A DNA stretch of 64,000 nucleotides from a virus. Below are positions 17,656 to 27,450 of this stretch, one piece after another. Position numbers and translations under genes: made by a program. Where the stretch lies: positions 32,001 through 96,000 of the IMG/VR virus record IMGVR_UViG_3300020170_000001; one strand, given 5' to 3'. Position 1 is the stretch's first letter, and each line of letters opens with the position of its first letter. The notes beneath the pieces were generated by a model. It saw only the letters and a program-made list of their open reading frames with translations. It was not told the origin of the DNA and searched no databases.

Positions 17656-18743
17656 CAGGCCTCCACGGTGAGCGCGTCGCCGGGGCCGTTGACGGCCGGG
17701 GCGGTGAAGGTGACCTCGTGGTGCTCGCAGGTGACGACGTCGCCGTCGATCGTGCGCGGGGTGAAGCCGCTGGCGGCGACCAGATGCCACGAGACGACGG
17801 GCAGCGGGGCGTCACCCAGGAGCAGGTGCCCGGTCGCGGGGAAGCCTTGGCCGAAGGCGGTGACCAGCTCGCCGGTGTTCGGGCCGGCCGGGTCGAAGTG
17901 CCAGAGGTGGATGGGCCGGGCCGCGAGGGGGTCCGCGGTCCAGGTGACCGGCAGCGTGACGGTGACGAGCTGGGCGCTGACGAAGAAGGAGCGCGCAGCA
18001 GTCCAGCCGAGCTGCTCGACGCCGTTGAACAGCAGCCGGGCCCGCCAGTAGGTGGTGTCGGGGACCGCGCTGGCGGGGGTGATGATGGCTCCGCCGTCGA
18101 CCGCCGGGGCAGTCGCTACGAGGGTGACGGGGTGGAGGAATCCTGCGTTGTCGTCGTATTGGATCTCGATGGTGTAGGTGAGCGTCTCGTCGTGAGCGGC
18201 AAGGACGACCATGAAACTTGGTGTCGCGGTGCCGACGGTCACGCCATCCTCCGGTGAGGACAGCGTAAGCAGGGCGGAGACCGCAACCGCGCTCGTGCTC
18301 AGGGACAGCGCTATCGCTGGGACGGCCTCGGCGGACGTGCCGGACAGCCCGGCGGCGACGGTAATGGCGGGGCAGGCGACGATGCCCGAATCGCCGAGCA
18401 GGCGGGTGACCGTGACGGTGAGGGTGACCGCGAGCGACGCCGGGTCGAGTAGAACCGACGGGTCGGTCAGGGTCGCGGTGATGCCCTGCGAGATGGTGAT
18501 CGCTGCCGGGTCGAGCGGCACCGCCAGGTCGGTCAGGGTTGCCGTGAGGGTGATCGCGGTGGCGACGACCGCCGGGTCGAGCTGTAGAGAAACGTCGGAC
18601 AGCGTCGCCGCGATGGTGATCGCGGTGGCGATCGCCGCCGGGTTGAGCGCTACTGGCCCGCCGGGGTCCGGCGGCTCAGGCGTGACAACGATGGTACGGG
18701 TGACGACAACCGGCGCGGCTGCGTCGTCGATCAGCGTGGCCAC
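17655..18743 (-). CDS. Minor tail protein with internal repeats
   Basis: Repeated LDPAAI..AITLTATLTD units followed by Ig-like segments. Confidence 0.6.
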   Translation of the reverse strand: MATLIDDAAAPVVVTRTIVVTPEPPDPGGPVALNPAAIATAITIAATLSDVSLQLDPAVVATAITLTATLTDLAVPLDPAAITISQGITATLTDPSVLLDPASLAVTLTVTVTRLLGDSGIVACPAITVAAGLSGTSAEAVPAIALSLSTSAVAVSALLTLSSPEDGVTVGTATPSFMVVLAAHDETLTYTIEIQYDDNAGFLHPVTLVATAPAVDGGAIITPASAVPDTTYWRARLLFNGVEQLGWTAARSFFVSAQLVTVTLPVTWTADPLAARPIHLWHFDPAGPNTGELVTAFGQGFPATGHLLLGDAPLPVVSWHLVAASGFTPRTIDGDVVTCEHHEVTFTAPAVNGPGDALTVEA

Positions 18744-18756
18744 AACTCGCCCCCTC

Positions 18757-18855
18757 TTACGCGGATGTCGGCAGCGTCATTCGCGGGGCGACGATGATGG
18801 TGCGGACCACGACCACCGGCACGCCGCTGTCGTCGGGGACCGTCGCGGACGGCAT
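18757..18855 (-). CDS. Putative 32-aa peptide resembling the N-terminus of the next gene
   Basis: ATG overlaps the upstream stop (TGATG); PDDSGVPVVVVRTIIVAP vs IDDAAAPVVVTRTIVVTP. Confidence 0.45.
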   Translation of the reverse strand: MPSATVPDDSGVPVVVVRTIIVAPRMTLPTSA

Positions 18856-19727
18856 CACTCCCACCTGATGGCGGCGCAGTGGGCGGCAATCTGGGTGGCC
18901 GACCAGTAGTTCATGGCGACACCTACCGGCAGCCAGGTATGACTGGAGCCGAGCACCGTCGCGGTGAACGGGGTCAGCGCCCCGAATTCGGCGTTGAAGT
19001 AGGTCAGGCTGCCCAGCGACGGCGCGACCCCGGGCACCATCATGTAGTGCCGGAAGACGTTGACATTCGCCCCGGCCGAGCTGGAGATTGCGGCTTTCGA
19101 CGGAACCAGCCCCGGCACGAAGTTCGCGTCGAGCGCGGGCGACGCTGATCCGAATAGGCTGCGGCTCTGTGTGGCGGACGCCTGCGGCGTGGTGTTGGAC
19201 TCGCACAGGAACCCGCTGGCCAGGGCGGTACCGGTCGCGTCGCGTGCCCGATCGATCACCAGCGCACAAACGGCGTTGTTCACGACGTCCGAGGCCTTGT
19301 ATGTGTGGCCGAGCACCATCGTGAAGGTGCCATCCGTATAACAGGCATATGAGTTGAGCGACGCTTGGAAGGTGCCCATGCTGTTGGAGTTGACGTCAAA
19401 GCGGGGCGTCGACAACGCTCCGGCCCCGTCGGTGGCTCCCGAGACCTGCGCAGTCACGATGGGGCGGCCACTGGAGTCGTTGGCAAGGGTCAGCTTCAAG
19501 AAGATCGGCGTGGTGCTCTGCAACGTGTCCGGGAACTTATAGACGCGGTAGCCGAACGAGACGCTAGCCCCGAAGCTGGAGGGGGTTGCGGTGAGGTCGA
19601 GCTGCCCGGTGTCGCTGGTGGCGACCAGGCCGGCGGCGATCACCAGATCGTTGACGGCGTTCAGCCACGCTTTCGCCGTGGTCCCGGAGGCGTTGCTCCA
19701 GGAGAAATTGCTGATGGCGGTGGTCAT
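18855..19727 (-). CDS. Virion structural protein (minor tail)
   Basis: Ser/Thr/Ala-rich beta protein in the tail operon. Confidence 0.6.
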   Translation of the reverse strand: MTTAISNFSWSNASGTTAKAWLNAVNDLVIAAGLVATSDTGQLDLTATPSSFGASVSFGYRVYKFPDTLQSTTPIFLKLTLANDSSGRPIVTAQVSGATDGAGALSTPRFDVNSNSMGTFQASLNSYACYTDGTFTMVLGHTYKASDVVNNAVCALVIDRARDATGTALASGFLCESNTTPQASATQSRSLFGSASPALDANFVPGLVPSKAAISSSAGANVNVFRHYMMVPGVAPSLGSLTYFNAEFGALTPFTATVLGSSHTWLPVGVAMNYWSATQIAAHCAAIRWE

Positions 19728-19730
19728 CGG

Positions 19731-20147
19731 TCAGACCGCCGTCAGCGACAACGAGCCGGCCGCCAGGGTCGGCACGGCACCGGTGGTGATGGTGCGGGGC
19801 GTGCCCAGCAGCGAGTACGCCACCACCGAGCCGGACGCGCCGTCCTTGAGGACCACATGCGTCACGGTCCCCCAGTTGCCGGTTGCGGTCGGGAACACGA
19901 TGGACACGCCGTTGGTTTTGGCTCCCGAGGCTGCGGCCGGGAAGTTCGTCGCGTTGTTGGTGACCGCGACGACCGCGTAGCCGTTACCGGACGGTTCGGT
20001 GACGTTGCCGCCGGTGGCCGTTGGGGTGGTCGTGGATAGCCCGACGTAGTAGGTGGCGGGTGCGTTGGTCGCGCCGGCCGCGCCGGCCCCGAACCGGCTA
20101 TCCAGCACGTTGTTCAATTGCGCGGTCACGAGCGGCATTGCCGGCAA
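19731..20147 (-). CDS. Virion structural protein (minor tail)
   Basis: YVGLST...EPSGNGYA...FPTATGNWGTVTH, a common actinophage structural motif. Confidence 0.65.
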   Translation of the reverse strand: MPAMPLVTAQLNNVLDSRFGAGAAGATNAPATYYVGLSTTTPTATGGNVTEPSGNGYAVVAVTNNATNFPAAASGAKTNGVSIVFPTATGNWGTVTHVVLKDGASGSVVAYSLLGTPRTITTGAVPTLAAGSLSLTAV

Positions 20148-20180
20148 CCTCCATTTCTTTGTGGTCGTTCGACTGATCAG

Positions 20181-20615
20181 TCAGACGCTGCTGATGTTGA
20201 CGATGCCTGAGGGAAATGACAGCTGGAATGGTTCGGCGGCGTACGTACGGTCCGCGCCGAAGTCGATGAGTCCGATCAAATTGCTGGTGGCGTTGCTGCC
20301 GCCGACCCGGTAGATAACCGCGTAGCGGCACGTGGCGGTTAGGCTCGCCCAACTGGTCGGGTCGGCACTGACGGACGTGACGTTGGTCGCGGCGTTGTAG
20401 CTGATGACCTTGTTTGCCAGGGCGTTTCCGCCTGCGGTGTAGCCGGTGCCGGACACCTCGTTGGCGACGACGTCCGCGAAGCTGACGTGGGTGTCGAAAT
20501 TGGGCGTATAGCCGCTGGTGAGAAGCGCCGCCTTGGTGGTGTCAGCAGTGATGTTGTGGACGCCGGCCAACAGGTCCTGCTGGAACTGCCCGTAGGGCGT
20601 CGCCGTGACGGTCAT
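20181..20615 (-). CDS. Virion structural protein (minor tail)
   Basis: ATG at 20615; NEVSGTGYTAGG motif common in phage structural proteins. Confidence 0.65.
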   Translation of the reverse strand: MTVTATPYGQFQQDLLAGVHNITADTTKAALLTSGYTPNFDTHVSFADVVANEVSGTGYTAGGNALANKVISYNAATNVTSVSADPTSWASLTATCRYAVIYRVGGSNATSNLIGLIDFGADRTYAAEPFQLSFPSGIVNISSV

Positions 20616-20617
20616 GA

Positions 20618-21010
20618 TCAGTCTTTCGTGTCGAGCGGGATGTTGGGCGTGGTCGAGGTATCGGTCGGGCTGCTCCAGCCGGCCGGAACGGCGGCCAACG
20701 CCGCCGCATAGCCGCCGGGGCCGTCCGTGCTGGCCGTGACGCGGCGCAGCCAGAAGGTGGCACTGGTCGCGCCGGGTGGGATGTCGCCCAGGGCGACCGA
20801 GTCGGCGAAGGTGTCGCCGTCGACGGAGAGCCACAGCTGGACCGCGTCGGTGCCGGTGAGGCTCACGCTGACGTCTTTCGCCTGGTAGAGGTCGCTGAGA
20901 TTCAGCACGCGCAGTTGGGTGTCGTCGCTGGACTGCGGCGCGACCGTGCCGAGGTCGAGGGCAGTGACCATGCTGATGGTTTCCACCAGGTAGAAGGCAA
21001 GGGTCTCCAT
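20618..21010 (-). CDS. Virion structural protein
   Basis: ATG at 21010; lies in the tail operon. Confidence 0.55.
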   Translation of the reverse strand: METLAFYLVETISMVTALDLGTVAPQSSDDTQLRVLNLSDLYQAKDVSVSLTGTDAVQLWLSVDGDTFADSVALGDIPPGATSATFWLRRVTASTDGPGGYAAALAAVPAGWSSPTDTSTTPNIPLDTKD

Positions 21011-21020
21011 ACGCCGCCGC

Positions 21021-21959
21021 CTACACGTACGGGGGTCGGAAGGTGATGACGGCTTGCCCGTCACCCGCGGCGGCGGTGAGCTTGAGCTTGTTCATGCCGG
21101 GCAGCAGGGTCACCCACCAGCGGGCCCCATAGCTCGAAATCTGGCCGACCTTGTTGACATTGCCGGAAGACTTGACCTGCTCGGCGGTGAACCGGTTGAC
21201 CACCAGCTGGACGGTCTCCAGCAGCTGAATCACGCCGTCGTACTTCACCCAGCTGTCCGGCTCGGTGGACATGTTGGTGATCACCGGCGTATCGAGGTAG
21301 CCACTGATCTCGACCTGCATGTATCCGCTGGCGGCGATGTCGTGACCGTCGTTCCACACGTAGACGGTCTCGCCCGGGTTGAGAGTGACGCTGACGGTGC
21401 TGCCGTAGAAGTACGGATCCGCCAAAGTGAAGTCGAGCTGGAAGTCCGACCGCAACCGGCCAGTCATGCTGGGGGCCATGGTGCCGGTCATCTCGGCCCA
21501 GGCGAAGGCGGTGAGCAGATGGTCGCCGGGCGGCGGAGCGCCGGGGTCACCTTGGATGCAGATGTCGCCGGTCCGGGTGCTCGGGAAGTCGGGGGCGGTC
21601 AGCCGCCAGCGGCGGTACAGCTTGACCCGCTGGTCGTTGAGCAGGCTGTGCCGAAAGACCAGCCGGCGCAGCGCATCCCAGTTGTTGTTCCACTGCAGAC
21701 GCTGGTTGAACGGGGCTTCCCCGGTGCTCGGGTCGAAGCCGACCATGAACATGACCAGGGTGATCGGGCGGGCATCCGGTAGCTTGCGCCGGTGCACCTG
21801 GCCCGGTCGGTACGCGAAGGTCATGTCGGAGCCGCGCCGCGGGGGCAGGTCGTAGCGCGACCCTCCGACGGTCGTGACCGCCCATCCCCACTGGTGCAGC
21901 GAGACCTCCTGGCCGTCGACCCCGACGATGCTCCAGAACTCCTCGGTCGAGTTGCTCAC
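21021..21959 (-). CDS. Distal tail protein (Dit-like)
   Basis: Immediately follows the tape measure; RRGSD...ARPITL, FTLADPYFY and LLPGMNKL motifs. Confidence 0.75.
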   Translation of the reverse strand: MSNSTEEFWSIVGVDGQEVSLHQWGWAVTTVGGSRYDLPPRRGSDMTFAYRPGQVHRRKLPDARPITLVMFMVGFDPSTGEAPFNQRLQWNNNWDALRRLVFRHSLLNDQRVKLYRRWRLTAPDFPSTRTGDICIQGDPGAPPPGDHLLTAFAWAEMTGTMAPSMTGRLRSDFQLDFTLADPYFYGSTVSVTLNPGETVYVWNDGHDIAASGYMQVEISGYLDTPVITNMSTEPDSWVKYDGVIQLLETVQLVVNRFTAEQVKSSGNVNKVGQISSYGARWWVTLLPGMNKLKLTAAAGDGQAVITFRPPYV

Positions 21960-21972
21960 GGCTCTCCTACCT

Positions 21973-24900
21973 TCAGCGCCGGTGCCGGATGTTGGCGATC
22001 TGGACCTGGCGGCGCAGGGAGAATTCGGCGGCCTCCCGGACCGGGTTGTGGATCGTCACATCGCCCATGAGCGGAGCGTGGTTGACGGTGTGATTGACGA
22101 TCGTCGGAACTGCCCCGGTCAGCGCGCTGACGTTGGGCGGGACGATCGACATCACCGGCGGTGCCGTTGCCGCGGACAGGCCCCGGTAGAAAATGGCGGG
22201 GTCGATGCGGCCCTCGTTGTAATCGCTGAGGAACTGCTTGCCGTAGGGCTGGACCACCTTGGAGCGCCGAACGACGAATTCCTCAGGCGTGGCCATCACC
22301 CGGGCGGTGTCCTCGATGCCCTGGTAGATGCCGGTGACCAGGCCGCCGGACATCTTGCCCTGGTAACCCTCCTGGGTGTCCGCGCTTGCCCGGTCGAACA
22401 GACCCTTCGCCCAGTTCCACAGGTCTTTCGCCCCGGTGAACAGGTCCGAGATGTGGATATGGGCTTTCAGCCCTTGGAAGAACCCGGTGATGGGCTTGAC
22501 GATGTGGTTGTAGAGCATGCCGGGCAGCGACGCGATGGCGTTCGGCAGGGTCTTGGTGAAGAAGTTCGGCAGTGTCTGGGTGAAGAAGTTGGTGATCGGG
22601 TCGATCACGTGGGTCTTGAACCAATGTGGGGCAGCGGCGAACCACTTCGGAATGGTGTCGGTGAAGAACTTCGGCACAGATTCGAAGATGAACCTGTGCA
22701 GCGGGGACACGATGTGCTGCTGGAACCAGTGCCAGCCGGTTTCGAACCAGTGCGGGATGGTCTTGGTGAAGAAGCCGGGGATCCCCCGCACGAACGCGAC
22801 GAAGGGGTTCCAGAGAGTGCGGACGATCCAACTCCACGCAGCGGCGGCGTTATGCGGAATTGTCTGCGTGAAGAAGATGGAGATGGTCCGGGGCAGATCG
22901 ACGAGGAAGAACCGCGCCAGCCTGCCGATGGTGCGGAAGACAAAGTCGAAGGCGACCCCGGCGAAATGCGGCAAGGTCTTGGTGAAAAAGTTTCCGACAG
23001 CCTTCGGCAGATCGACAACGAAGAACCTGGCGACGCGACCGAGCAGCCGGAAGAAGAAGTCAAATGCCTTGCCGGGAAGGCTCGGCAGGGTCTTGGTGAA
23101 GAAGTCGCCGATTGAGCTGGCCATGTGCCGGGCGAAGCCGGGGACGGTCTTGGTGAAGAAGTCGCCGACGCCACCGGCAGCCGATTTCACGGAACTCAGG
23201 ATGGACTTGCCGATGTCGGTCTTCGCCACCGCAGCGGCAAGCAGTCCGACCGGCCCGGCAACCAACCCGGCCTTCGCAACCCCCGAATCGGGCTTGTCCC
23301 GGTCGCCCCCGGCGAGGAAGTTCTCGACCCCGTGAAAACCGGAACTGATCTTGCTGCCGACGAAATGGCGCAGGTTCTTGTCCCGCGCCAGGCTGTAGAC
23401 CCCGGCGATCGCACCGCCAACCACGCCGCCCACAGCGGTGCCGAGGCCGGGGATGACCGAGCCGATCGTCGCACCGATGCCTGCGCCGGTGGCGACGGCA
23501 CCGAGACCGCGGGAAAGGCTGGCCCGGTCGTCTGCGTTCTTGACAGTGCGGTTGATCAGGTAGTCGCCGCCGAGTTGGGCGGCGGTGCCCAGAACAGCGG
23601 AGACGATGCCGCCTCGGGCACCGCGCAGAAATGCGGAGCCACCCCGAGCGAGCAGGCTCTTACCGCCAGCCTCGGCGGCCGTCTCGGCGACCCCGGCGGC
23701 CGTGGTGGTCGCGGCACGCCGCCCTACGGCGACGGTGGCGGTCTTGACGGGTCGCTCGGGAAGCCCAACGGACCCCTCGTCACCGCTCGGCCACAGCTTG
23801 CTCAGGACCCGACGCAAGACACTGGGCTTGCCGGTCCCGGTTGCGGCGCTTTCCACGGCAGACTCCGCAGCGCCTTCGGCGACCGATGCCGCGACCCCCC
23901 GCCGCCAGGGGATCAGCCGCCGGAGCCGCCCAAAGCGGCTCCGAGAAGCCGTGCCGGCGACATCCTTCTCCGCAGCACTCGCGGCGTCCTTTTCCGCGCT
24001 GGCGAGCTTGTCCTTGGCCCGGTGCTTGCCGCCTTTGCCCTCGTCCTCACCGTCGGGCAGGTCGTTGCCGAGGCTTCCCGCCCCGCCGGTGTTAATGGCG
24101 ATCTGCCGCAGGTACGCCTCCATGCGCCGCAGGACGGTGACGACCGCGGTGTTGCTGTCCCCCCCGGTCAGGGCGTTGACGACGCCAGCAGCCTTGCCCG
24201 AGGCTCCGCCCGGCAGGGCGTTCTTGAGTTTGTCGACAACCCCCAGCCCTTTGAGGATTCTGAAGATGAGCGTGTCGATACGAGTCAGCGACGCGACGAG
24301 GGCTGCGCCGAAGACGAGACCAAAGGCGATGCTGAGCGCCTTGAACGCGGTGTGGAAGCCCTTGACATGTTCGGAGAGCCAGTCGATCGCGCCGACGACA
24401 TCGCTGATCCCTCCGGCGATGGTCTTGAAGACGGTGCCGATGGCTCCGAGGCCTTGGAACCCTCCGCTCTGGGCGAACGAGGCGACGGCGCGCACGATGC
24501 TGCCGATCCCGTCGGCGAGCTTGGAGATCGCGCCGGACTTCGACAAATTGTCGAAGATCGTTGCGAGGCCGGGGAGCCACTTGGTGGAGATGTTCTTGAG
24601 GAGGGCCTCGGCCTCCTTCATGTTGGAGGGGTCGCTGAACAGCCGTCCGAAGAACCGACCGGCCGCGCTCAGGAAACCGACGACCTCTTTCAACAATGGC
24701 TTGACGTTCGTCAGCCATTTCTGGAATCCGCTGTTTGGGTCGCGGGCCTGCTCGCCGAGTTTCCGGAACGTCTCGGAAATGTTGAGCAGGCCCTTGTTGA
24801 ACCAGGTGGTGAAGTCTTCCTGCCCGGCGCGTTTCGGGTCGGGGTTGAGCGCCTGGAAGAATCCGACGAGCCCGGCGGCGAAATTCTTGACGACCGGCCA

Positions 24901-27423
24901 GAGCTCGTGGATGCGCTGCTGGGTGGTGGACAGGAAGTCCGACAGCGACTTTCGGCCCTGCTCGCTGGTGGCGAACTTGTCGAAGGATGTGGCAAGCGCT
25001 TCGATACCGCCAACAACGAAGGTGGTGAACGGCCGGGCGATCTCGATCAGGGAGCGGAAGGCATTGCCGAACTTCAGCGCTGCGTCGCCGAGCGCGCTGA
25101 AGATCTTCCCGGACTCTGTGCCCTGCTCGGAGAAGAACTTCTTCCACTCGGGATTGGTGAGCAGGTCCAGGGCGTTCTGGAGAAGTTTGCCAAGGGCGAC
25201 GCTGGCGGGCTCCATGAAGGAGCGCAGCTCGTCCAGGACGTCGGCGAACTTGCCGGTCTCGGTGGAGACGGGACCGAAGATGTTCTCCGACAGTGCGGTG
25301 CGCATGTCCTTGTAGGGGCCCCTGAGCAGGCCGATGATCGCCTCGGCGACCTTGCGGGTCATGGGCGGCAGCTGGGCAAGCTCGGCCTGTAGCTGGGCCG
25401 CGGCGGAGCCGCCAGCGAGTTTCACCTGGGCGGCCTGGCTGACCGCGATGATCGACTTCTGCCACTGGACGTAGGACTGCGCGACGTTCAGCGTGGCGTC
25501 CTGGACCGCCCGTTCGGCCGCCACGACCTCGTCAGCGCCCTCGACGCCCTTCTTGAAGGCCAGCGAAGAATCCTGCAACAGCCGCTGGCCGGCGACCTTC
25601 TGATCACGCTGGTCGAACAGCGCCCCCTGCACCCGGTTACGGGCGATGGCCCGGTCCAGGACGCTGGCCGTGGGGTCGGCCAGGGCACGCCGGTAGTCCT
25701 GTTCGGAGCTGAGCACCCCGAGGGTGGCGCTCTCCTCGTCGTACTTGAGCTTCTGCAGCTGGAGCCGGTAGTCCTGGATGGTGCGGGCGGCTTGCCGGCG
25801 AGCCTGGTTCAGGTTCTGCTGGGAGCGGGGAACGTCCTGCACGGCGCGCTGGTAGGCCAGCTGGGCGGCCTTCTCGCTCAGCAGCGCTTCGGTGTAGCTC
25901 AGCGATGCCGAGCGGGCTGCCTGGGTGGTCTTGATGGCTTCGGCTTGGGCCGCGGAGAAGGCGCTGAAGACGTTGCTCAGCGGCTTCATGACGATGGCCA
26001 GCGCGCCGAAGCCGGCGACGGCTGCGCCGATGATGCCGGGCAGGGCGGCGAACGTGCCGATGAGGGCGACGAAGTTGCTGGCCAGGCCGAGTGCTGCGGC
26101 CCCGACGGCACCGAGAATGGCCGCAAGCGGCCCGAGCGCGACGATGACGGCAGCGATGAGGGTCTGCCAGGACAGGAAGTGTCGGCTGAGGTTCTGGACG
26201 CCGTTGCGCATGGCGTCGGCCATCGACAGGAAGTTGCTGACGATGTCGCCGCCGAGCCCGCCACTGCCGCTGCGCCGTGGCCGGTTGAGGTCCTCGAAGA
26301 AGGCCTTGAACCGGCCGGAAAGCGAGACCACGGCCTTTTCCGAGTCGGCGGCTTCCCGCCGGAATTTGCCGAAGAACGCAGACACGACCCGTTCCGCGCG
26401 GGAGGCGGTCTTGCCGACCTCATCGAGGCCGGCGCTGGGGCTGTCCCCGGGCCGGCGGGAGGTTCCACGGAAGAACGACACGGCGGAGGTGGTCGGGATC
26501 CGGGATGCTCCGATGAGCAGGTCGGTGCCGATGCGGCTGGCTGAGCCGATGACGCCGCGCCGATTGCGTCGGGCTTCGGCCGCTGCTGCTCTGGCGGCGC
26601 GCTCCTCTTGGCGTATTTGCGCCGCTGCCTGTTGCTCTTCGGCTTTAGCGCGACGGGCATCCTCGGAGATGGCCTGGATGTGGGCCTTCGAGATGATGTC
26701 TTCGGGACCGTTGACCTGCCTGAAATGAGCAGTCGTTCCCGCCTTTACTGCTCGCGCATCGGCGGCGGCCTGTGCCTTCGCGTCGCGCTCTGCAGCTTTG
26801 ACCGCGCGGGCCTCAGCGGCAGCGGCAATTTTTGCCTGCTGGTCGGCGACGTCCTTATCAAGCCGCAATTGCTTTGCCGCCCGGACACCTTTATCCGCGG
26901 CGGCTTTCGCTTCCTGAGCAGCGGCTCGTTCGCTGGCCCTCGCCTGCTGGTCGGCACGCTTCTGCGTGGCCCGTGCTTCCTGTTCCGCGGCACGGGAGCG
27001 GCGCTCTTGAACCTCGGCCGCACGCTGCTCGATGACGCTGGTCTGAGCGGCTGTCTTGGCGGCCTCGCTTTGGAGCTTGGCAGCGGTTGCCTCGGCGACC
27101 GTGCGCGCGTTGACGGCCTTGGTCTCGTCCTTAACCGCGGCGGTACGGCTCTTCTGCTCCTCCGCTGCGGCTCGGCCGCCGGCCTGTCCGGCCCGTTGCG
27201 CGGCCTCGTGCGTCTTGCGGTTCTCGTCGAGCGCCTTGTTCTGCTCGCGGAGGGCGTTGCTGACCTTCTCGGCGTCTTTTGAACGTTCCTTGTTGGACTG
27301 CTTCTCGGCGTCCTGGAGGGCCCGTAGCTTCGCCCGGGCGGCGGCCATCTCCTCGGCAAGACCGGCCTGGTCGACGACGATGCGGAGAATGACGTGGCGT
27401 ACGACATCGTTGAGATCCGGCAT
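21973..27423 (-). CDS. Tape measure protein
   Basis: 1816 aa, Ala-rich and helical, with central hydrophobic segments and C-terminal FFTKT(L/I)P repeats; follows the tail chaperone. Confidence 0.95.
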   Translation of the reverse strand: MPDLNDVVRHVILRIVVDQAGLAEEMAAARAKLRALQDAEKQSNKERSKDAEKVSNALREQNKALDENRKTHEAAQRAGQAGGRAAAEEQKSRTAAVKDETKAVNARTVAEATAAKLQSEAAKTAAQTSVIEQRAAEVQERRSRAAEQEARATQKRADQQARASERAAAQEAKAAADKGVRAAKQLRLDKDVADQQAKIAAAAEARAVKAAERDAKAQAAADARAVKAGTTAHFRQVNGPEDIISKAHIQAISEDARRAKAEEQQAAAQIRQEERAARAAAAEARRNRRGVIGSASRIGTDLLIGASRIPTTSAVSFFRGTSRRPGDSPSAGLDEVGKTASRAERVVSAFFGKFRREAADSEKAVVSLSGRFKAFFEDLNRPRRSGSGGLGGDIVSNFLSMADAMRNGVQNLSRHFLSWQTLIAAVIVALGPLAAILGAVGAAALGLASNFVALIGTFAALPGIIGAAVAGFGALAIVMKPLSNVFSAFSAAQAEAIKTTQAARSASLSYTEALLSEKAAQLAYQRAVQDVPRSQQNLNQARRQAARTIQDYRLQLQKLKYDEESATLGVLSSEQDYRRALADPTASVLDRAIARNRVQGALFDQRDQKVAGQRLLQDSSLAFKKGVEGADEVVAAERAVQDATLNVAQSYVQWQKSIIAVSQAAQVKLAGGSAAAQLQAELAQLPPMTRKVAEAIIGLLRGPYKDMRTALSENIFGPVSTETGKFADVLDELRSFMEPASVALGKLLQNALDLLTNPEWKKFFSEQGTESGKIFSALGDAALKFGNAFRSLIEIARPFTTFVVGGIEALATSFDKFATSEQGRKSLSDFLSTTQQRIHELWPVVKNFAAGLVGFFQALNPDPKRAGQEDFTTWFNKGLLNISETFRKLGEQARDPNSGFQKWLTNVKPLLKEVVGFLSAAGRFFGRLFSDPSNMKEAEALLKNISTKWLPGLATIFDNLSKSGAISKLADGIGSIVRAVASFAQSGGFQGLGAIGTVFKTIAGGISDVVGAIDWLSEHVKGFHTAFKALSIAFGLVFGAALVASLTRIDTLIFRILKGLGVVDKLKNALPGGASGKAAGVVNALTGGDSNTAVVTVLRRMEAYLRQIAINTGGAGSLGNDLPDGEDEGKGGKHRAKDKLASAEKDAASAAEKDVAGTASRSRFGRLRRLIPWRRGVAASVAEGAAESAVESAATGTGKPSVLRRVLSKLWPSGDEGSVGLPERPVKTATVAVGRRAATTTAAGVAETAAEAGGKSLLARGGSAFLRGARGGIVSAVLGTAAQLGGDYLINRTVKNADDRASLSRGLGAVATGAGIGATIGSVIPGLGTAVGGVVGGAIAGVYSLARDKNLRHFVGSKISSGFHGVENFLAGGDRDKPDSGVAKAGLVAGPVGLLAAAVAKTDIGKSILSSVKSAAGGVGDFFTKTVPGFARHMASSIGDFFTKTLPSLPGKAFDFFFRLLGRVARFFVVDLPKAVGNFFTKTLPHFAGVAFDFVFRTIGRLARFFLVDLPRTISIFFTQTIPHNAAAAWSWIVRTLWNPFVAFVRGIPGFFTKTIPHWFETGWHWFQQHIVSPLHRFIFESVPKFFTDTIPKWFAAAPHWFKTHVIDPITNFFTQTLPNFFTKTLPNAIASLPGMLYNHIVKPITGFFQGLKAHIHISDLFTGAKDLWNWAKGLFDRASADTQEGYQGKMSGGLVTGIYQGIEDTARVMATPEEFVVRRSKVVQPYGKQFLSDYNEGRIDPAIFYRGLSAATAPPVMSIVPPNVSALTGAVPTIVNHTVNHAPLMGDVTIHNPVREAAEFSLRRQVQIANIRHRR
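22440..23200 (-). repeat. Coding repeats of the tape measure (FFTKTxP, multiples of about 11 aa)
   Basis: Recurrent ggtgaagaa words on the + strand; repeated FFTKT/FFTQT/FFTDT peptides. Confidence 0.7.
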
Positions 27424-27450
27424 GTGGTACGCCCCGCCTTCCGTCCTTGC

